Positions 6,976 through 16,028 of a DNA stretch of 41,982 nt are shown piece after piece. Every line of letters begins with the position of its first letter. Position 1 is the stretch's first letter. Source of the DNA: a virus; IMG/VR virus record IMGVR_UViG_3300048586_000061; one strand, 5' to 3'. A program made the position numbers and the translations under genes. Under the pieces are notes generated by a model that saw only the letters and a program-made list of their open reading frames with translations, was not told the origin of the DNA and ran no database searches.

Positions 6976-6993
6976 GCTGTCTCCGGAGGATCT

Positions 6994-7284
6994 GTGACCA
7001 CCACGATCGAGCTGGACGCCTACACCCTGACCATCGGTGAAGTGTGCGAGGCCATCCGCCACGCGCAGGACACCAAGAAGCGCCTCATCCTGCGAGGCCA
7101 GGCAGCGCACCTGCCCGCCATCGAAGCCCGCATCAAGGCCCTAGTAGCGCAGTGGGAAGCCCTGCTCGACGCACAGGACGAGCCCGAGCAGCGCCCCGAC
7201 AACAGCGCCTACGTCACGCAGGGGAACTACAACCCCAGCGACATCGGCCACGGATTCCACGTGACCCGACGTGGCAGCCACTGA
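6994..7284 (+). CDS. Hypothetical protein
   Basis: GTG at 6994, 3 nt after GGAGGA (6985-6990). Track ORF. Confidence 0.65.
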   Translation: MTTTIELDAYTLTIGEVCEAIRHAQDTKKRLILRGQAAHLPAIEARIKALVAQWEALLDAQDEPEQRPDNSAYVTQGNYNPSDIGHGFHVTRRGSH

Positions 7285-7561
7285 CCCGCGCCACACCTAC
7301 GCCTACCGCCAAGCACGCGCACGGCTCAAGGCACAAGGGCTGCCCTGCTGGATCTGCCGGCAACCCATCGACTACACGCTGCGCTGGCCCAACCCGCGAG
7401 CCTTCACCGCCGACCACTACGTCGAAGTAGACGCAGGCGGACACGGGCACGACGAAGGCAACCTGCGTGCAGCTCACGGCTCGTGCAACTTCACCCGCGG
7501 CAACTACTACAGGCAGGGCCGCAACACCCGACGCGACACCAACCCCGAACGGGACTGGTAA
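7271..7561 (+). CDS. HNH endonuclease (terminase-associated type)
   Basis: CWICRQPI...TADHYVEVDAGGHGHDEGNLRAAHGSCNFTRG is an HNH motif. Sits just upstream of the terminase genes. Confidence 0.8.
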   Translation: MAATDPRHTYAYRQARARLKAQGLPCWICRQPIDYTLRWPNPRAFTADHYVEVDAGGHGHDEGNLRAAHGSCNFTRGNYYRQGRNTRRDTNPERDW

Positions 7562-7579
7562 TCGAACACGGGGGGTGGG

Positions 7580-7668
7580 GGTCACGCTCCGTCGACCTTG
7601 ACTGCTGTCGACCCGCTTGAACGTGCATTTTTTGAGCCTCTGACCTGCGACGATGCCGGAGCGTGACC
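7580..7668 (+). promoter_or_regulatory. Candidate packaging (cos/terminase recognition) region
   Basis: Perfect 12-bp inverted repeat GGTCACGCTCCG (7580-7591) / CGGAGCGTGACC (7657-7668). It encloses GTCGAC..GTCGAC (7591/7607) and a T6 run. A G-rich run CGGGGGGTGGGGG lies just upstream (7569-7581). Confidence 0.35.
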
Positions 7669-7669
7669 A

Positions 7670-7996
7670 GTGAGTGACGCCGATGCTGGCACGGAGCGTG
7701 ACGCTTCGACGGTGTATGAGGCTGTCGTAATCGAACACGCTGCGTTGACTCCTGCGCTGCGGGGCTCGTCGTTGGCGGTCCTGGTGCGTGAGCTGGCGCG
7801 GTCGATCGACGCGGCGCGTGAGCCGGCGGCGGTGTCGAACTTGTCCAAGGAGTTCCGTGCGGCGTCGGCTGCTCTCCGTGAGGCCGTGCTGCAAGCCGGG
7901 GAGCGGGGGGATCGTGTCGATGACCTCGCCGCTGCCCGTGCCGCTCGTCGGCGTGCAGCGCCCGCGGATCCTGGTACGCCCGCCGTCGGTAAGTAG
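7670..7996 (+). CDS. Terminase small subunit
   Basis: Position immediately 5' of TerL. Helical, charged 108-aa protein ending ...DDLAAARAARRRA, typical of actinophage TerS. Confidence 0.6.
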   Translation: MSDADAGTERDASTVYEAVVIEHAALTPALRGSSLAVLVRELARSIDAAREPAAVSNLSKEFRAASAALREAVLQAGERGDRVDDLAAARAARRRAAPADPGTPAVGK

Positions 7997-9338
7997 CAGC
8001 GGCCAGGAAGCTGTCGACCTGGCGGCGCATGCCGGGTTGGTGCTGGATCCGTGGCAGCAGTTCGTCCTCGAGGTTGGTCTGGCTGAGCGCGCCGATGGCA
8101 AGTGGGCGGCGTTCGAGACTGCGTGCGTGGTCAGTCGCCAGAACGGCAAGGGTGCGATCTTCGAGGCCCTGGCGCTGGCGAAGTTGGTGCTGTTCGGCTC
8201 GGAGCTGTTTATCTACAGCAGCCACGAGTTCAAGACCAGCCGCGAGGCTTTCCGCCGCATCGGCATCTTGATCGACTCGACGCCGGAACTGGCCAGCCGT
8301 GTGCTGCGGACGGTGCGTAACCCGTCGGAGTTCGGTTACGACTTCCGCAACGGTCAGCGGCTCCGGTTCTTCGCCCGGTCTGGTGGGTCTGGTCGTGGCT
8401 GGTCCGCGGATGACTTGTTCTTCGATGAGGCGTTCAAGCTCGGTGGCGAGGCGATGGCCGCGCTGCTGCCGACGTTGTCGACCCGCGATAACCCGCAGGT
8501 CTGGTATGCGTCGAGCGCCGCGTTGTCGGACTCGGACCAGTTGCATGCGCTGCGTCGTCGTGCCCTTGCTGGTGAGGGTGTCGACCGGCTGGCGTACATG
8601 GAGTTCTCGGCGCCGGAGGATGCGGACGTTCACGACCGTGAGGCGTGGGCGTTGTCGAACCCTGCTCTTGGCTATCGGCTGAGTGAGGAGTTCATCGCGT
8701 CTGAGGTTGAGGCGCTGCCGGTGGACAAGTTCCGTCGTGAGCGCCTGTCGATCCCTGATCTGCCGTCTGGTGAGGCGCTGTTTCCCGCTCATCTGTGGGC
8801 GGCGTGTGCTGACCCGGATTCGCGGGCGAAGGATCCGATTGCGCTGGCGGTTGACGTGGCGCCGGACAGGTCGCATGCGTCGATCGCTGCGGCTGGTACG
8901 CGGGCGGACGGTAAGCCGCACGTGACGATCATCGAGACGAACCCGGGCACTGAGTGGGTTGTGCCGCGCGTGAAGGCGTTGGTTGAGAAGTGGGAGCCGT
9001 CCGCGGTTGCCTTGGATTCTGCCGGCCCTGCTGGTGCGCTGGTGCAGGACTTCACTGCGGCTGACGTTGAGGTGGTTACTGCTTCGGCGCGTGACTTGAC
9101 GAACGCGTGCGGCCGGTTCTTCGACCTCGTGGTGTCGGGTGAGCTGCGACACCGTGACGAGGCTGCGTTGAACGTGGCTGCGGTTGCGGCTCGTCGTCGC
9201 AATGTCGGGGATGCGTGGGCGTACACACGCCGCCGCGACTCGGACGCTGACATCACGCCGCTGTATGCGGCGACTCTCGCGCTGTGGGCGCATGCCGAGC
9301 ACGGCCGGACTACCGAGCCGGGCGTCTGGTTCATCTAG
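7920..9338 (+). CDS. Terminase large subunit
   Basis: ATPase and nuclease layout: LDPWQQFVL, VVSRQNGKGAI (Walker A-like), DDLFFDEA (Walker B-like), C-terminal RNase-H-like part. Start is uncertain (GTG 7914, ATG 7920, GTG 7953) and overlaps the TerS 3' end. Confidence 0.85.
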   Translation: MTSPLPVPLVGVQRPRILVRPPSVSSSGQEAVDLAAHAGLVLDPWQQFVLEVGLAERADGKWAAFETACVVSRQNGKGAIFEALALAKLVLFGSELFIYSSHEFKTSREAFRRIGILIDSTPELASRVLRTVRNPSEFGYDFRNGQRLRFFARSGGSGRGWSADDLFFDEAFKLGGEAMAALLPTLSTRDNPQVWYASSAALSDSDQLHALRRRALAGEGVDRLAYMEFSAPEDADVHDREAWALSNPALGYRLSEEFIASEVEALPVDKFRRERLSIPDLPSGEALFPAHLWAACADPDSRAKDPIALAVDVAPDRSHASIAAAGTRADGKPHVTIIETNPGTEWVVPRVKALVEKWEPSAVALDSAGPAGALVQDFTAADVEVVTASARDLTNACGRFFDLVVSGELRHRDEAALNVAAVAARRRNVGDAWAYTRRRDSDADITPLYAATLALWAHAEHGRTTEPGVWFI

Positions 9339-9346
9339 GAGGCCCC

Positions 9347-9499
9347 GTGTTCGCCCTGGTTGGCCTCGTTGTGGCGTTCGCGCTGGTCGTTGGTGGTGTC
9401 GCGCTGGTGTCTGTTCCCGGTGCGCTGGTCACGGCTGGCGTTCTGTGCGGCGGCGTGTCGCTGCTGTTCGTTGACTTCGATCGGAAGGCCAAGCGGTGA
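9347..9499 (+). CDS. Small membrane protein (50 aa)
   Basis: GTG at 9347 preceded by AGGAGG. Two hydrophobic stretches. Confidence 0.55.
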   Translation: MFALVGLVVAFALVVGGVALVSVPGALVTAGVLCGGVSLLFVDFDRKAKR

Positions 9500-10764
9500 C
9501 GCGTCTCATCGACCGACTGTTCGGGGTTCGGGCGAAGCTGCCTGACCCGGAGACGGTTGCGATGGTGCAGACCTGGGGCAACGGTCGCGGGACTGAGTCG
9601 ATCGCGCCGACGTTCGTGTCGTATGCCGCCGACGGGTACAGCAGCAACGGCCCGGTGTTCGCTTGCTTGAACGCGCGGCTGCGGTACATCGGTCAGGCGG
9701 AGTTCAAGTTCCAGGATCTGGCCCGCCGGTCGCTGTTCGGCACTGGCACGCTGGGGCTGCTCGAGAACCCTTGGCCGAACGGCACCACGTCGGACCTGCT
9801 CAAGAAGATGGAGCAGCACGCCAGCCTCGCGGGTAACGCGTTCGTGTGGCGTGCAGCCCCCGACCGCCTGGTGTGCCTGCGTCCCGACTACGTCGAGATC
9901 GTGTCGGCGGACTTCGGCGGCTACCGGGAACCCATCGGGTACGTGTTCCACCCGGGCGGTGTCGGATCGGGTGACGAGGTGTTCATCCCCGTCGACGACA
10001 TGGCCCACTGGGCGCCCATCCCCGACCCGCTCGCGGACTACCGCGGCATGTCGTGGCTGACCCCCATCGCCCGCGAAGTCAACGCCGACGTGGCGATGAC
10101 GCAGCACCGGCAGCGGTTCTTCGACTCCAACGCCACCCCGAACCTCGTCATCCGCTACGACTCGCCGCTGGGTGCGTCGACGGTGGCGGAGATCGCCGAG
10201 CGGTGGAACGCACGCTACGGCGGACCCAACAACGCCGGCGGCACCGCGATCCTCGACCGTGGCGCCGACCTGACCGTCGTCGGGCAGTCGTTCGAGCAGA
10301 TGCGCTTCAACGACGTGCAGGCTGCCGGCGAGGCGCGTATCGCTGCCGCGTCCGGTGTCCCCGCGATCGTCGCGCAGATCCAGGCCGGGCTCGACTCGGG
10401 CACGTATGCGAACTACTCGCAGGCCATGAAGGCGTTCGCTAACGGCACCCTCGCCGATCTGTGGTCGTCCGCCGTCGCCGCGTTGGCGAAGTTCGTCACC
10501 GTCCCCGACGGTGCGCGCCTCTGGTACGACACCGGCAACATTCCAGCACTTCAGGACGCGGAGACCGCCCGCGCCGAGGCAGCAGCCACCAACGCCTCAG
10601 CCCTCTCGACGCTGATCCAGGCCGGGTACAAGCCCGACGCCGGGGTCGACGCCGTGAACGCGGGCGACCTTTCGCTCCTCACCGGTCAGCACTCCGGGCT
10701 CGTGTCCGTGCAGATGCAGGCTCCTGGTGCGGCGCCCACTCCCACCGGAGGAAACCCCGCATGA
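9496..10764 (+). CDS. Portal protein (HK97-family type)
   Basis: 422 aa, positioned between terminase and protease. Sequence is portal-like (LENPWPNGTTSDLLKKME..., ...MTQHRQRFFDSNATP...). GTGA overlap. Confidence 0.85.
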   Translation: MTRLIDRLFGVRAKLPDPETVAMVQTWGNGRGTESIAPTFVSYAADGYSSNGPVFACLNARLRYIGQAEFKFQDLARRSLFGTGTLGLLENPWPNGTTSDLLKKMEQHASLAGNAFVWRAAPDRLVCLRPDYVEIVSADFGGYREPIGYVFHPGGVGSGDEVFIPVDDMAHWAPIPDPLADYRGMSWLTPIAREVNADVAMTQHRQRFFDSNATPNLVIRYDSPLGASTVAEIAERWNARYGGPNNAGGTAILDRGADLTVVGQSFEQMRFNDVQAAGEARIAAASGVPAIVAQIQAGLDSGTYANYSQAMKAFANGTLADLWSSAVAALAKFVTVPDGARLWYDTGNIPALQDAETARAEAAATNASALSTLIQAGYKPDAGVDAVNAGDLSLLTGQHSGLVSVQMQAPGAAPTPTGGNPA

Positions 10765-11504
10765 CCGAGTCCCTTTCGCGCGCCTTCACGGGCGACATCG
10801 AGGTGCGAGCCGACGCGACTGGCCGCACCGTCACCGGCATCGTCGTCCCGTTCGAGCGCACCGCCCGCGTGTCTGATGGTGGCCCGTCGTATGACGAGGC
10901 GTTCCAGCGTGGCGCGTTCGCTAAGACCATCGCTGAGCGCGGCGGCAAGGTGAAGCTGCTGTCGCAGCACAATGCGCGCACGAACCCGCTGGGTCGCGCG
11001 ACGCTGCTGCGTGAGGACGCCTCCGGACTGTATGGCGAGTTCTCCGTGTCCCGCACGCAGGCTGGCGACGAAGCCCTCGAGCTGATCCGCGACGGCGCCC
11101 TCGACTCGTTCTCGGTCGGGTTCGCCCCGGTGAAGCACGAGAAGCGCGCTGGCGTCCTGTGGCGCACCGAGGTCGCACTGCGTGAGGCGTCGCTGGTCAC
11201 GTTCCCGGCGTACTCGGACGCGCTCGTGTCCGGGCTCCGTGACGAGTTCGGCGCGCTCCCCATTGAGGACGCTATGGCCGAACTGAGCCAGATGGTCCGC
11301 GGTCGGACGCTCCCGGACGAACTGGTCGACCACCTGATCGCGTCCCTTCTGCCCACCAGGGCATCCCTCACTCACGCCACCACTGACGACGGTCAGTCGG
11401 AGCGGACGCACGACAACGACGGTGAGCCGGCCAGCGCCACTCCCGACGCCATCACCCGTTTCCGTCACCTGCGCATGATCGCGCGGGAGAAGGGCATCAT
11501 CTGA
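10761..11504 (+). CDS. HK97-family prohead (capsid maturation) protease
   Basis: ATG at 10761 (ATGA). GIVVPFE...VKLLSQHN...LDSFSVGF matches the S78 prohead protease pattern. Confidence 0.8.
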   Translation: MTESLSRAFTGDIEVRADATGRTVTGIVVPFERTARVSDGGPSYDEAFQRGAFAKTIAERGGKVKLLSQHNARTNPLGRATLLREDASGLYGEFSVSRTQAGDEALELIRDGALDSFSVGFAPVKHEKRAGVLWRTEVALREASLVTFPAYSDALVSGLRDEFGALPIEDAMAELSQMVRGRTLPDELVDHLIASLLPTRASLTHATTDDGQSERTHDNDGEPASATPDAITRFRHLRMIAREKGII

Positions 11505-12895
11505 TGCTGAACGACACCCAGGCGCTGGGCGAGAAGGTCGAGGCGCTCCGCGCTGAGATCGTCGAGCTCGACGCCCTCGAGGCTCCCACCGAGGAGCAGG
11601 CCGCGCGCTTCGACGCCGCCCTCGTCGAGTTCGACGCCGCCAAGGCTGACTTCGACAAGGCCAACGAGCGTGCCGCCAAGGTGGAGGCCGTCCGTGCCGC
11701 TGCCGTCAACCCCGTCAACCGTGAGGCCGGCTTCTCCGCGCCCAACGTTGTTGTCCGCCGCGACCCCTTCGAGGGTGTCGAGCGCGTCGACACGATGGCC
11801 CGCGACGAGCAGATCAGCCGCGCGCTGACCGCCATCGACAGCCTCGGCCGCACCGCGCCCGCCTCGGACCTCGAGGAGCTGTCGCGCAAGGTCGAGTCCA
11901 TCAGCGGCGTCGCCAAGCACGTCCTGCTGACCGGTTCGGACGCCTACCGTTCCGCGTTCGCCGAGTACATGGCGACGCAGGGCCGCCCGAACTACACCGC
12001 CGACGAGGCCGCCGCCGTTCGTGCGTCGCTGTCCCTCACCTCGGCCAACGGTGGCTACACCCTCCCGTTCAACCTCGACCCGACCCTCATCTACACGGGC
12101 ACCGCGTCGAAGAACCCGATCCGTCGCCTCGCTCGCGTCGAGCAGGGCACCTCGGACAAGTGGAACGGTGTGACCGCCTCCGCGGTGACCACGTACTGGA
12201 AGGCTGAGGGCTCCGCCTTCACCGATGGTTCGCCCACCACCGGCGGCCCCTCGGTCGACGCCGCAATGCTGACTGCCTACGTGACCGGTTCGTTCGAGAT
12301 CTTCCAGGACTCGAACCTCCTGTCGCAGCTCCCCAGCCTGATCGGCGAGGCGTTCGACTTCGCCGAGTCCGACGCGTTCGTCGTCGGTTCCGGCTCGGGT
12401 GCGCCTAAGGGCATCGTGACCGCGATCAGCGCCACCGCCGGCAGCACCGTGACCGCCACCACTCGTGGTGCGTTCACGACCGCTTCGGCTGTCGACGTGT
12501 TCGCCCTCCTCAACGCCGTCCCGTCCCGCTTCGAGGACTCGGCGACCTGGGTGGCGAACAAGGCCTGGTTCAACGTTGTGAAGCAGATGTCCACCGGGTC
12601 TCAGGGCAGTTACTTCTGGAGCGATTTCAACGCCGCCGTCGGTAACCCGCTCCTGGGTTCCCCGATCGCGCAGGCTTCGGCCATGTCGTCCGCGACCACG
12701 TCGGGCACCGTCATGGCGATCCTGGGCGATTTCTCGCGCTTCCTCGTGTACGACCGCCTGGGCACCCAGGTGGAGTACATCGCCAACGTCGTCGACGGGT
12801 CGGGCCTGCCCACCGGTCAGCGCGGCCTGGTGGCGTACAAGCGCGTCGGCAGCGATTGCCTTGATATCAACGCTTTCCGCTTCTTGAAGGCGTAG
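11504..12895 (+). CDS. Major capsid protein (HK97 fold) with N-terminal coiled-coil delta domain
   Basis: 463 aa directly after the protease (TGATG). Coiled-coil N-terminus, then a capsid-like body. Followed by strong hairpins. Confidence 0.85.
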   Translation: MLNDTQALGEKVEALRAEIVELDALEAPTEEQAARFDAALVEFDAAKADFDKANERAAKVEAVRAAAVNPVNREAGFSAPNVVVRRDPFEGVERVDTMARDEQISRALTAIDSLGRTAPASDLEELSRKVESISGVAKHVLLTGSDAYRSAFAEYMATQGRPNYTADEAAAVRASLSLTSANGGYTLPFNLDPTLIYTGTASKNPIRRLARVEQGTSDKWNGVTASAVTTYWKAEGSAFTDGSPTTGGPSVDAAMLTAYVTGSFEIFQDSNLLSQLPSLIGEAFDFAESDAFVVGSGSGAPKGIVTAISATAGSTVTATTRGAFTTASAVDVFALLNAVPSRFEDSATWVANKAWFNVVKQMSTGSQGSYFWSDFNAAVGNPLLGSPIAQASAMSSATTSGTVMAILGDFSRFLVYDRLGTQVEYIANVVDGSGLPTGQRGLVAYKRVGSDCLDINAFRFLKA

Positions 12896-12953
12896 GTAGT
12901 CCAAACCCTTCGGGTGTTTGGCAACAAGTACGGCCCGCCGACACAGCGGGCAA

Positions 12954-12989
12954 GCGAGGGCGGCACTCCTCCACGGGTGCCGCCCTCGC
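12954..12989 (+). terminator. Strong hairpin (13-bp perfect stem) after the capsid gene
   Basis: GCGAGGGCGGCAC (12954-12966) pairs with GTGCCGCCCTCGC (12977-12989). A smaller hairpin lies at 12901-12921. Confidence 0.6.
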
Positions 12990-13041
12990 GCACGCCTGAC
13001 GTGCGAACCCGTGACGTGGAGGCAACCCCGTGGAGGAAGAC

Positions 13042-13560
13042 ATGAACACTTGCACCAACCCCGACTGCACCAACTCCCCGCGCTACGCCAGGGGGGTGTG
13101 CAATCCGTGTTACCAGCGTGCCCGCGCGAACGCTCAGCCGCCCTGCTCCGTTGACGGCTGCGAGCGCCGGCGGAAGTCCGTGACTAGTGGGCTGTGCGCC
13201 ATGCACGCCAACCGACTTCGCCGCACGGGCGATGTTGGCGGTGCCGGAGCGGTCATCCGCCCCAAGGGTGTGGGCACCATCAACCGTGACGGGTATCGGC
13301 TGATCGCAGATGTCGTCGACGGGCATCGCAAGCAGCGCATGGAACACCGGGTCGTCATGGAGCGGATCCTTGGCCGCCCCCTACGCGACTACGAGAACGT
13401 CCATCACATCAACGGGATCCGTGACGACAACCGGCCCGAGAATCTTGAACTCTGGTGCAAGCCGCAGACGCCCGGCCAGCGCCCCGAAGACCTTGCCCGC
13501 TGGGTGATTGAGACGTACCCGGATCTCGTCGCTGCCGCGTATGAGTCGGCGGTGGCGTGA
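13042..13560 (+). CDS. Free-standing HNH homing-type endonuclease
   Basis: ATG at 13042 after GGAGGA. Zn-finger-like CTNPDC/CNPC/CSVDGC/CAMH repeats, then [15 protein letters not shown]...[21 protein letters not shown] (HNH_3-like). Confidence 0.8.
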   Translation: MNTCTNPDCTNSPRYARGVCNPCYQRARANAQPPCSVDGCERRRKSVTSGLCAMHANRLRRTGDVGGAGAVIRPKGVGTINRDGYRLIADVVDGHRKQRMEHRVVMERILGRPLRDYENVHHINGIRDDNRPENLELWCKPQTPGQRPEDLARWVIETYPDLVAAAYESAVA

Positions 13561-14288
13561 TGGGTTCCCAGGCGAAGATCAACCGCGCCCGAAAGAACGC
13601 CCCGGCCGGCCCGGACACCACGGTCGTCATCGCGTTCATTCACCCCGGCCAGTGCAGCGCGTACTTCACCACAAGCCTCGTCGGTTCCCTGCTGTACGAC
13701 CGCGCCACGTCTCGCCGCATCGTCGGCCTGAAGAACGAGTGGTCATCCGCCAACGTGTCGCAGCCGCGTAACAACTTGACGCGCCAGTTCCTCGAGACGG
13801 GCGCGGAGTGGTTGTGGTGGATCGACGCCGACATGGGCTGGGAGCCTGAAGCCCTCGACCAGCTGCTCGAGGTCGCCGATCCCAAGTCGGCCCCCATCGT
13901 CGGCGGTCTGGCGTTCGGTGCGTTCCACGACATGCTGTTCCCCACGATCTACCAGTTTGGCCAGGTCGACGGCCAGCTGACGACGGTTCGCATGGCTGAC
14001 TATCCGCGTGATGCGGTGGTCGAGGTTGCGGCGACGGGTGCGGCGTTCCTGCTGATTCACCGGTCGGCGCTTGAGGCGATCCGTGACCGGGAGTTCAACA
14101 AGACGTTTCCGTGGTTCCAGGAGACGGAGATGTCGGGTCAGCCGGTTGGTGAGGATCTGACGTTCTGTCTGCGGGCTCGGATGTTGGACATCCCGGTGCA
14201 CGTGAACACGGCCGTGAAGGTCGGTCACCACAAGTCAACGCTCCTGACTGAGGAGCGGTTCTTCGAGCAGCGAGAGGCGGCCCCGTGA
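13557..14288 (+). CDS. GT-A fold (family 2-like) glycosyltransferase
   Basis: VVIAFIHPG..., WLWWIDADM (DxD-like), [15 protein letters not shown]..., [10 protein letters not shown]. Typical GT2 layout. Confidence 0.7.
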   Translation: MMGSQAKINRARKNAPAGPDTTVVIAFIHPGQCSAYFTTSLVGSLLYDRATSRRIVGLKNEWSSANVSQPRNNLTRQFLETGAEWLWWIDADMGWEPEALDQLLEVADPKSAPIVGGLAFGAFHDMLFPTIYQFGQVDGQLTTVRMADYPRDAVVEVAATGAAFLLIHRSALEAIRDREFNKTFPWFQETEMSGQPVGEDLTFCLRARMLDIPVHVNTAVKVGHHKSTLLTEERFFEQREAAP

Positions 14289-16024
14289 CGGCGTATCCCG
14301 GTGCTATCCCGTCCCTGACCCGTCCGGCGTCGGGTGATCCGGCGAATGACGGCAGTGCGACGGACGCGGTTGTCGTCATCGATGCCCTGTCGGATGAGCT
14401 CGAGGCGATTGCGACTGAGCTTGGCGTTAACCCGTCGGGCTCGTCGGCGACGGTAGTCGCCCGGTTCGAGGCGCTGGACACGGCGCTGTCGGCGAAGGCT
14501 GACACGTCGGCGGTTGCTGAGCTTGCCCGTGATGCGCTGGGTTCGGCGCTGGTGGCGGGTACGAATATCACGCTGACTGTGAACGACGGCGCTGACACGA
14601 TCACGATTGACGCGGCCGGCGGCGGCGGTTTGACGGAGGAGCAGACCGAGGACATCGTCAACGGGCTCCTTGTCGCTGGCACGGGTGTGGCGCTGACGTA
14701 TGACGACGTGGCGAACACGCTGACGGTTGCGGTGTCGGGTCTGACTGCGGCGTCGATCTCGGACTTTGCTGAGGTTGCGCGGGACACGCTGGGTACGGCT
14801 CTGACTGCTGGCACGGGTGTGACGATCACGCCGAACGATGGCGCGGACACGATCACAGTGGCGACGTCGGCGATCCTTCCCACCATCGCGGACGCGAAGG
14901 GTGACCTGATCGTCGCTTCTGGTGCGGATACTGTGACGCGCCTCGCGGTGGGTACGGATGACTACGTGCTGACGGCGGACTCCGCTGAGGCGACGGGCCT
15001 GAAGTGGGCAGTTGCTTCCGGTGGCGGCTCCGCGCAGTGGACTGATGGCGCGGGGGTTCCGTCGTCGGCGTCGGGTTCCGCTGGTGAGTTCTACCGGAAC
15101 ACTTCGGCGTCGGATGCCTGGGAAGGCGAGACGATCTACGGTCCCCGTATCGCTACGGCGACGGTGACGACGACGAACCGCAAGCGCGTGTCGGGTTCTT
15201 ACGCGACGATCACGACGGCGTCGGCGCACGGGATCGTGGCGGGCGACACCGTCGAGGTGTCGGGCATGTCGGGGACGGGCTACAACGGCACGTTCCTGGT
15301 GCTGTATGTGGCGTCCTCAACGACGTTTGTCGTGAAGACGTCGACGGGCACGACCGAGGCGTCGACGGCGGACACTGGCGGCACGGTGACTAAGGCGTGG
15401 GGCCGTGCGCGGCTACTGCGTCGCATTCCGCCGCACGCCTACAACGAGGCTGCGCTGCGGCCGTCGCCTGCGGGCTGGGTGATTCGTAACATCTACGTCC
15501 CGGCCGCGAGCGTTGTGGTTGAGTCGCCGCTGGTGATTGTGGGTACGGCGTCGTACATCGTCGGTTACAACACGACGCAGGTGTCGGGCGCGTCGACGAC
15601 GGGCGAGGCTTACGCATTCTTCTGCCCTGGTGAGATCGGCCCCGGCACGTCGGTGTGGGCGTCGACGACGGTGAACGCGCCAACTGAGGCTGGCGGGAAA
15701 GCGGGCCTCGTCCTGGGTGACGGGCAGACCGGGCAGTTCGGCATCGAGATCAACATCCGCAACGACAACAAGCTCTACATCGACACGAGCTTCTTCGGCA
15801 CGGTCACGAACCTGTGGACATCGACCACGACGGCATCAAGCGGCACGATCGCGCTGCACCGTCGCGGCGGCATCCTCGAGGTGGTGGCGTCGGCGTGGGG
15901 CTGCGACCGGCGGGAGTCGATTTCGTCGTCGTACTTCGCGAACTCTGAGATCGGTGTCTTCATCAAGGACACGGCGGTCGGTCGGGTCACTGTCGCGGGT
16001 AACACGTTCGCCATCGGAGGCTGA
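14285..16024 (+). CDS. Fibre-like structural protein (579 aa)
   Basis: N-terminus ...[32 protein letters not shown] is typical of actinophage fibre/minor-tail proteins. Internal repeats [15 protein letters not shown] and [16 protein letters not shown]. Confidence 0.65.
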   Translation: MTAYPGAIPSLTRPASGDPANDGSATDAVVVIDALSDELEAIATELGVNPSGSSATVVARFEALDTALSAKADTSAVAELARDALGSALVAGTNITLTVNDGADTITIDAAGGGGLTEEQTEDIVNGLLVAGTGVALTYDDVANTLTVAVSGLTAASISDFAEVARDTLGTALTAGTGVTITPNDGADTITVATSAILPTIADAKGDLIVASGADTVTRLAVGTDDYVLTADSAEATGLKWAVASGGGSAQWTDGAGVPSSASGSAGEFYRNTSASDAWEGETIYGPRIATATVTTTNRKRVSGSYATITTASAHGIVAGDTVEVSGMSGTGYNGTFLVLYVASSTTFVVKTSTGTTEASTADTGGTVTKAWGRARLLRRIPPHAYNEAALRPSPAGWVIRNIYVPAASVVVESPLVIVGTASYIVGYNTTQVSGASTTGEAYAFFCPGEIGPGTSVWASTTVNAPTEAGGKAGLVLGDGQTGQFGIEINIRNDNKLYIDTSFFGTVTNLWTSTTTASSGTIALHRRGGILEVVASAWGCDRRESISSSYFANSEIGVFIKDTAVGRVTVAGNTFAIGG

Positions 16025-16028
16025 TCCA

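Noticed and set aside
7491-9302. 603-codon minus-strand ORF antisense to the terminase genes
   Set aside because: The translation is Arg/Pro/Gln-rich low-complexity sequence. The opposite strand encodes clearly recognisable TerS/TerL. Long antisense ORFs are expected in very GC-rich coding DNA.
10461-10760. Upstream 100 codons of track ORF 10461..11504
   Set aside because: They lie inside the portal gene. The protease starts at ATG 10761 in an ATGA overlap with the portal stop.
15717-16028. Upstream 104 codons of track ORF 15717..18173
   Set aside because: They overlap the 3' end of the 579-aa fibre gene in another frame and give Arg/Ser-rich sequence. GTG 16029 has a GGAGG 8 nt upstream and is immediately followed by the collagen repeats.
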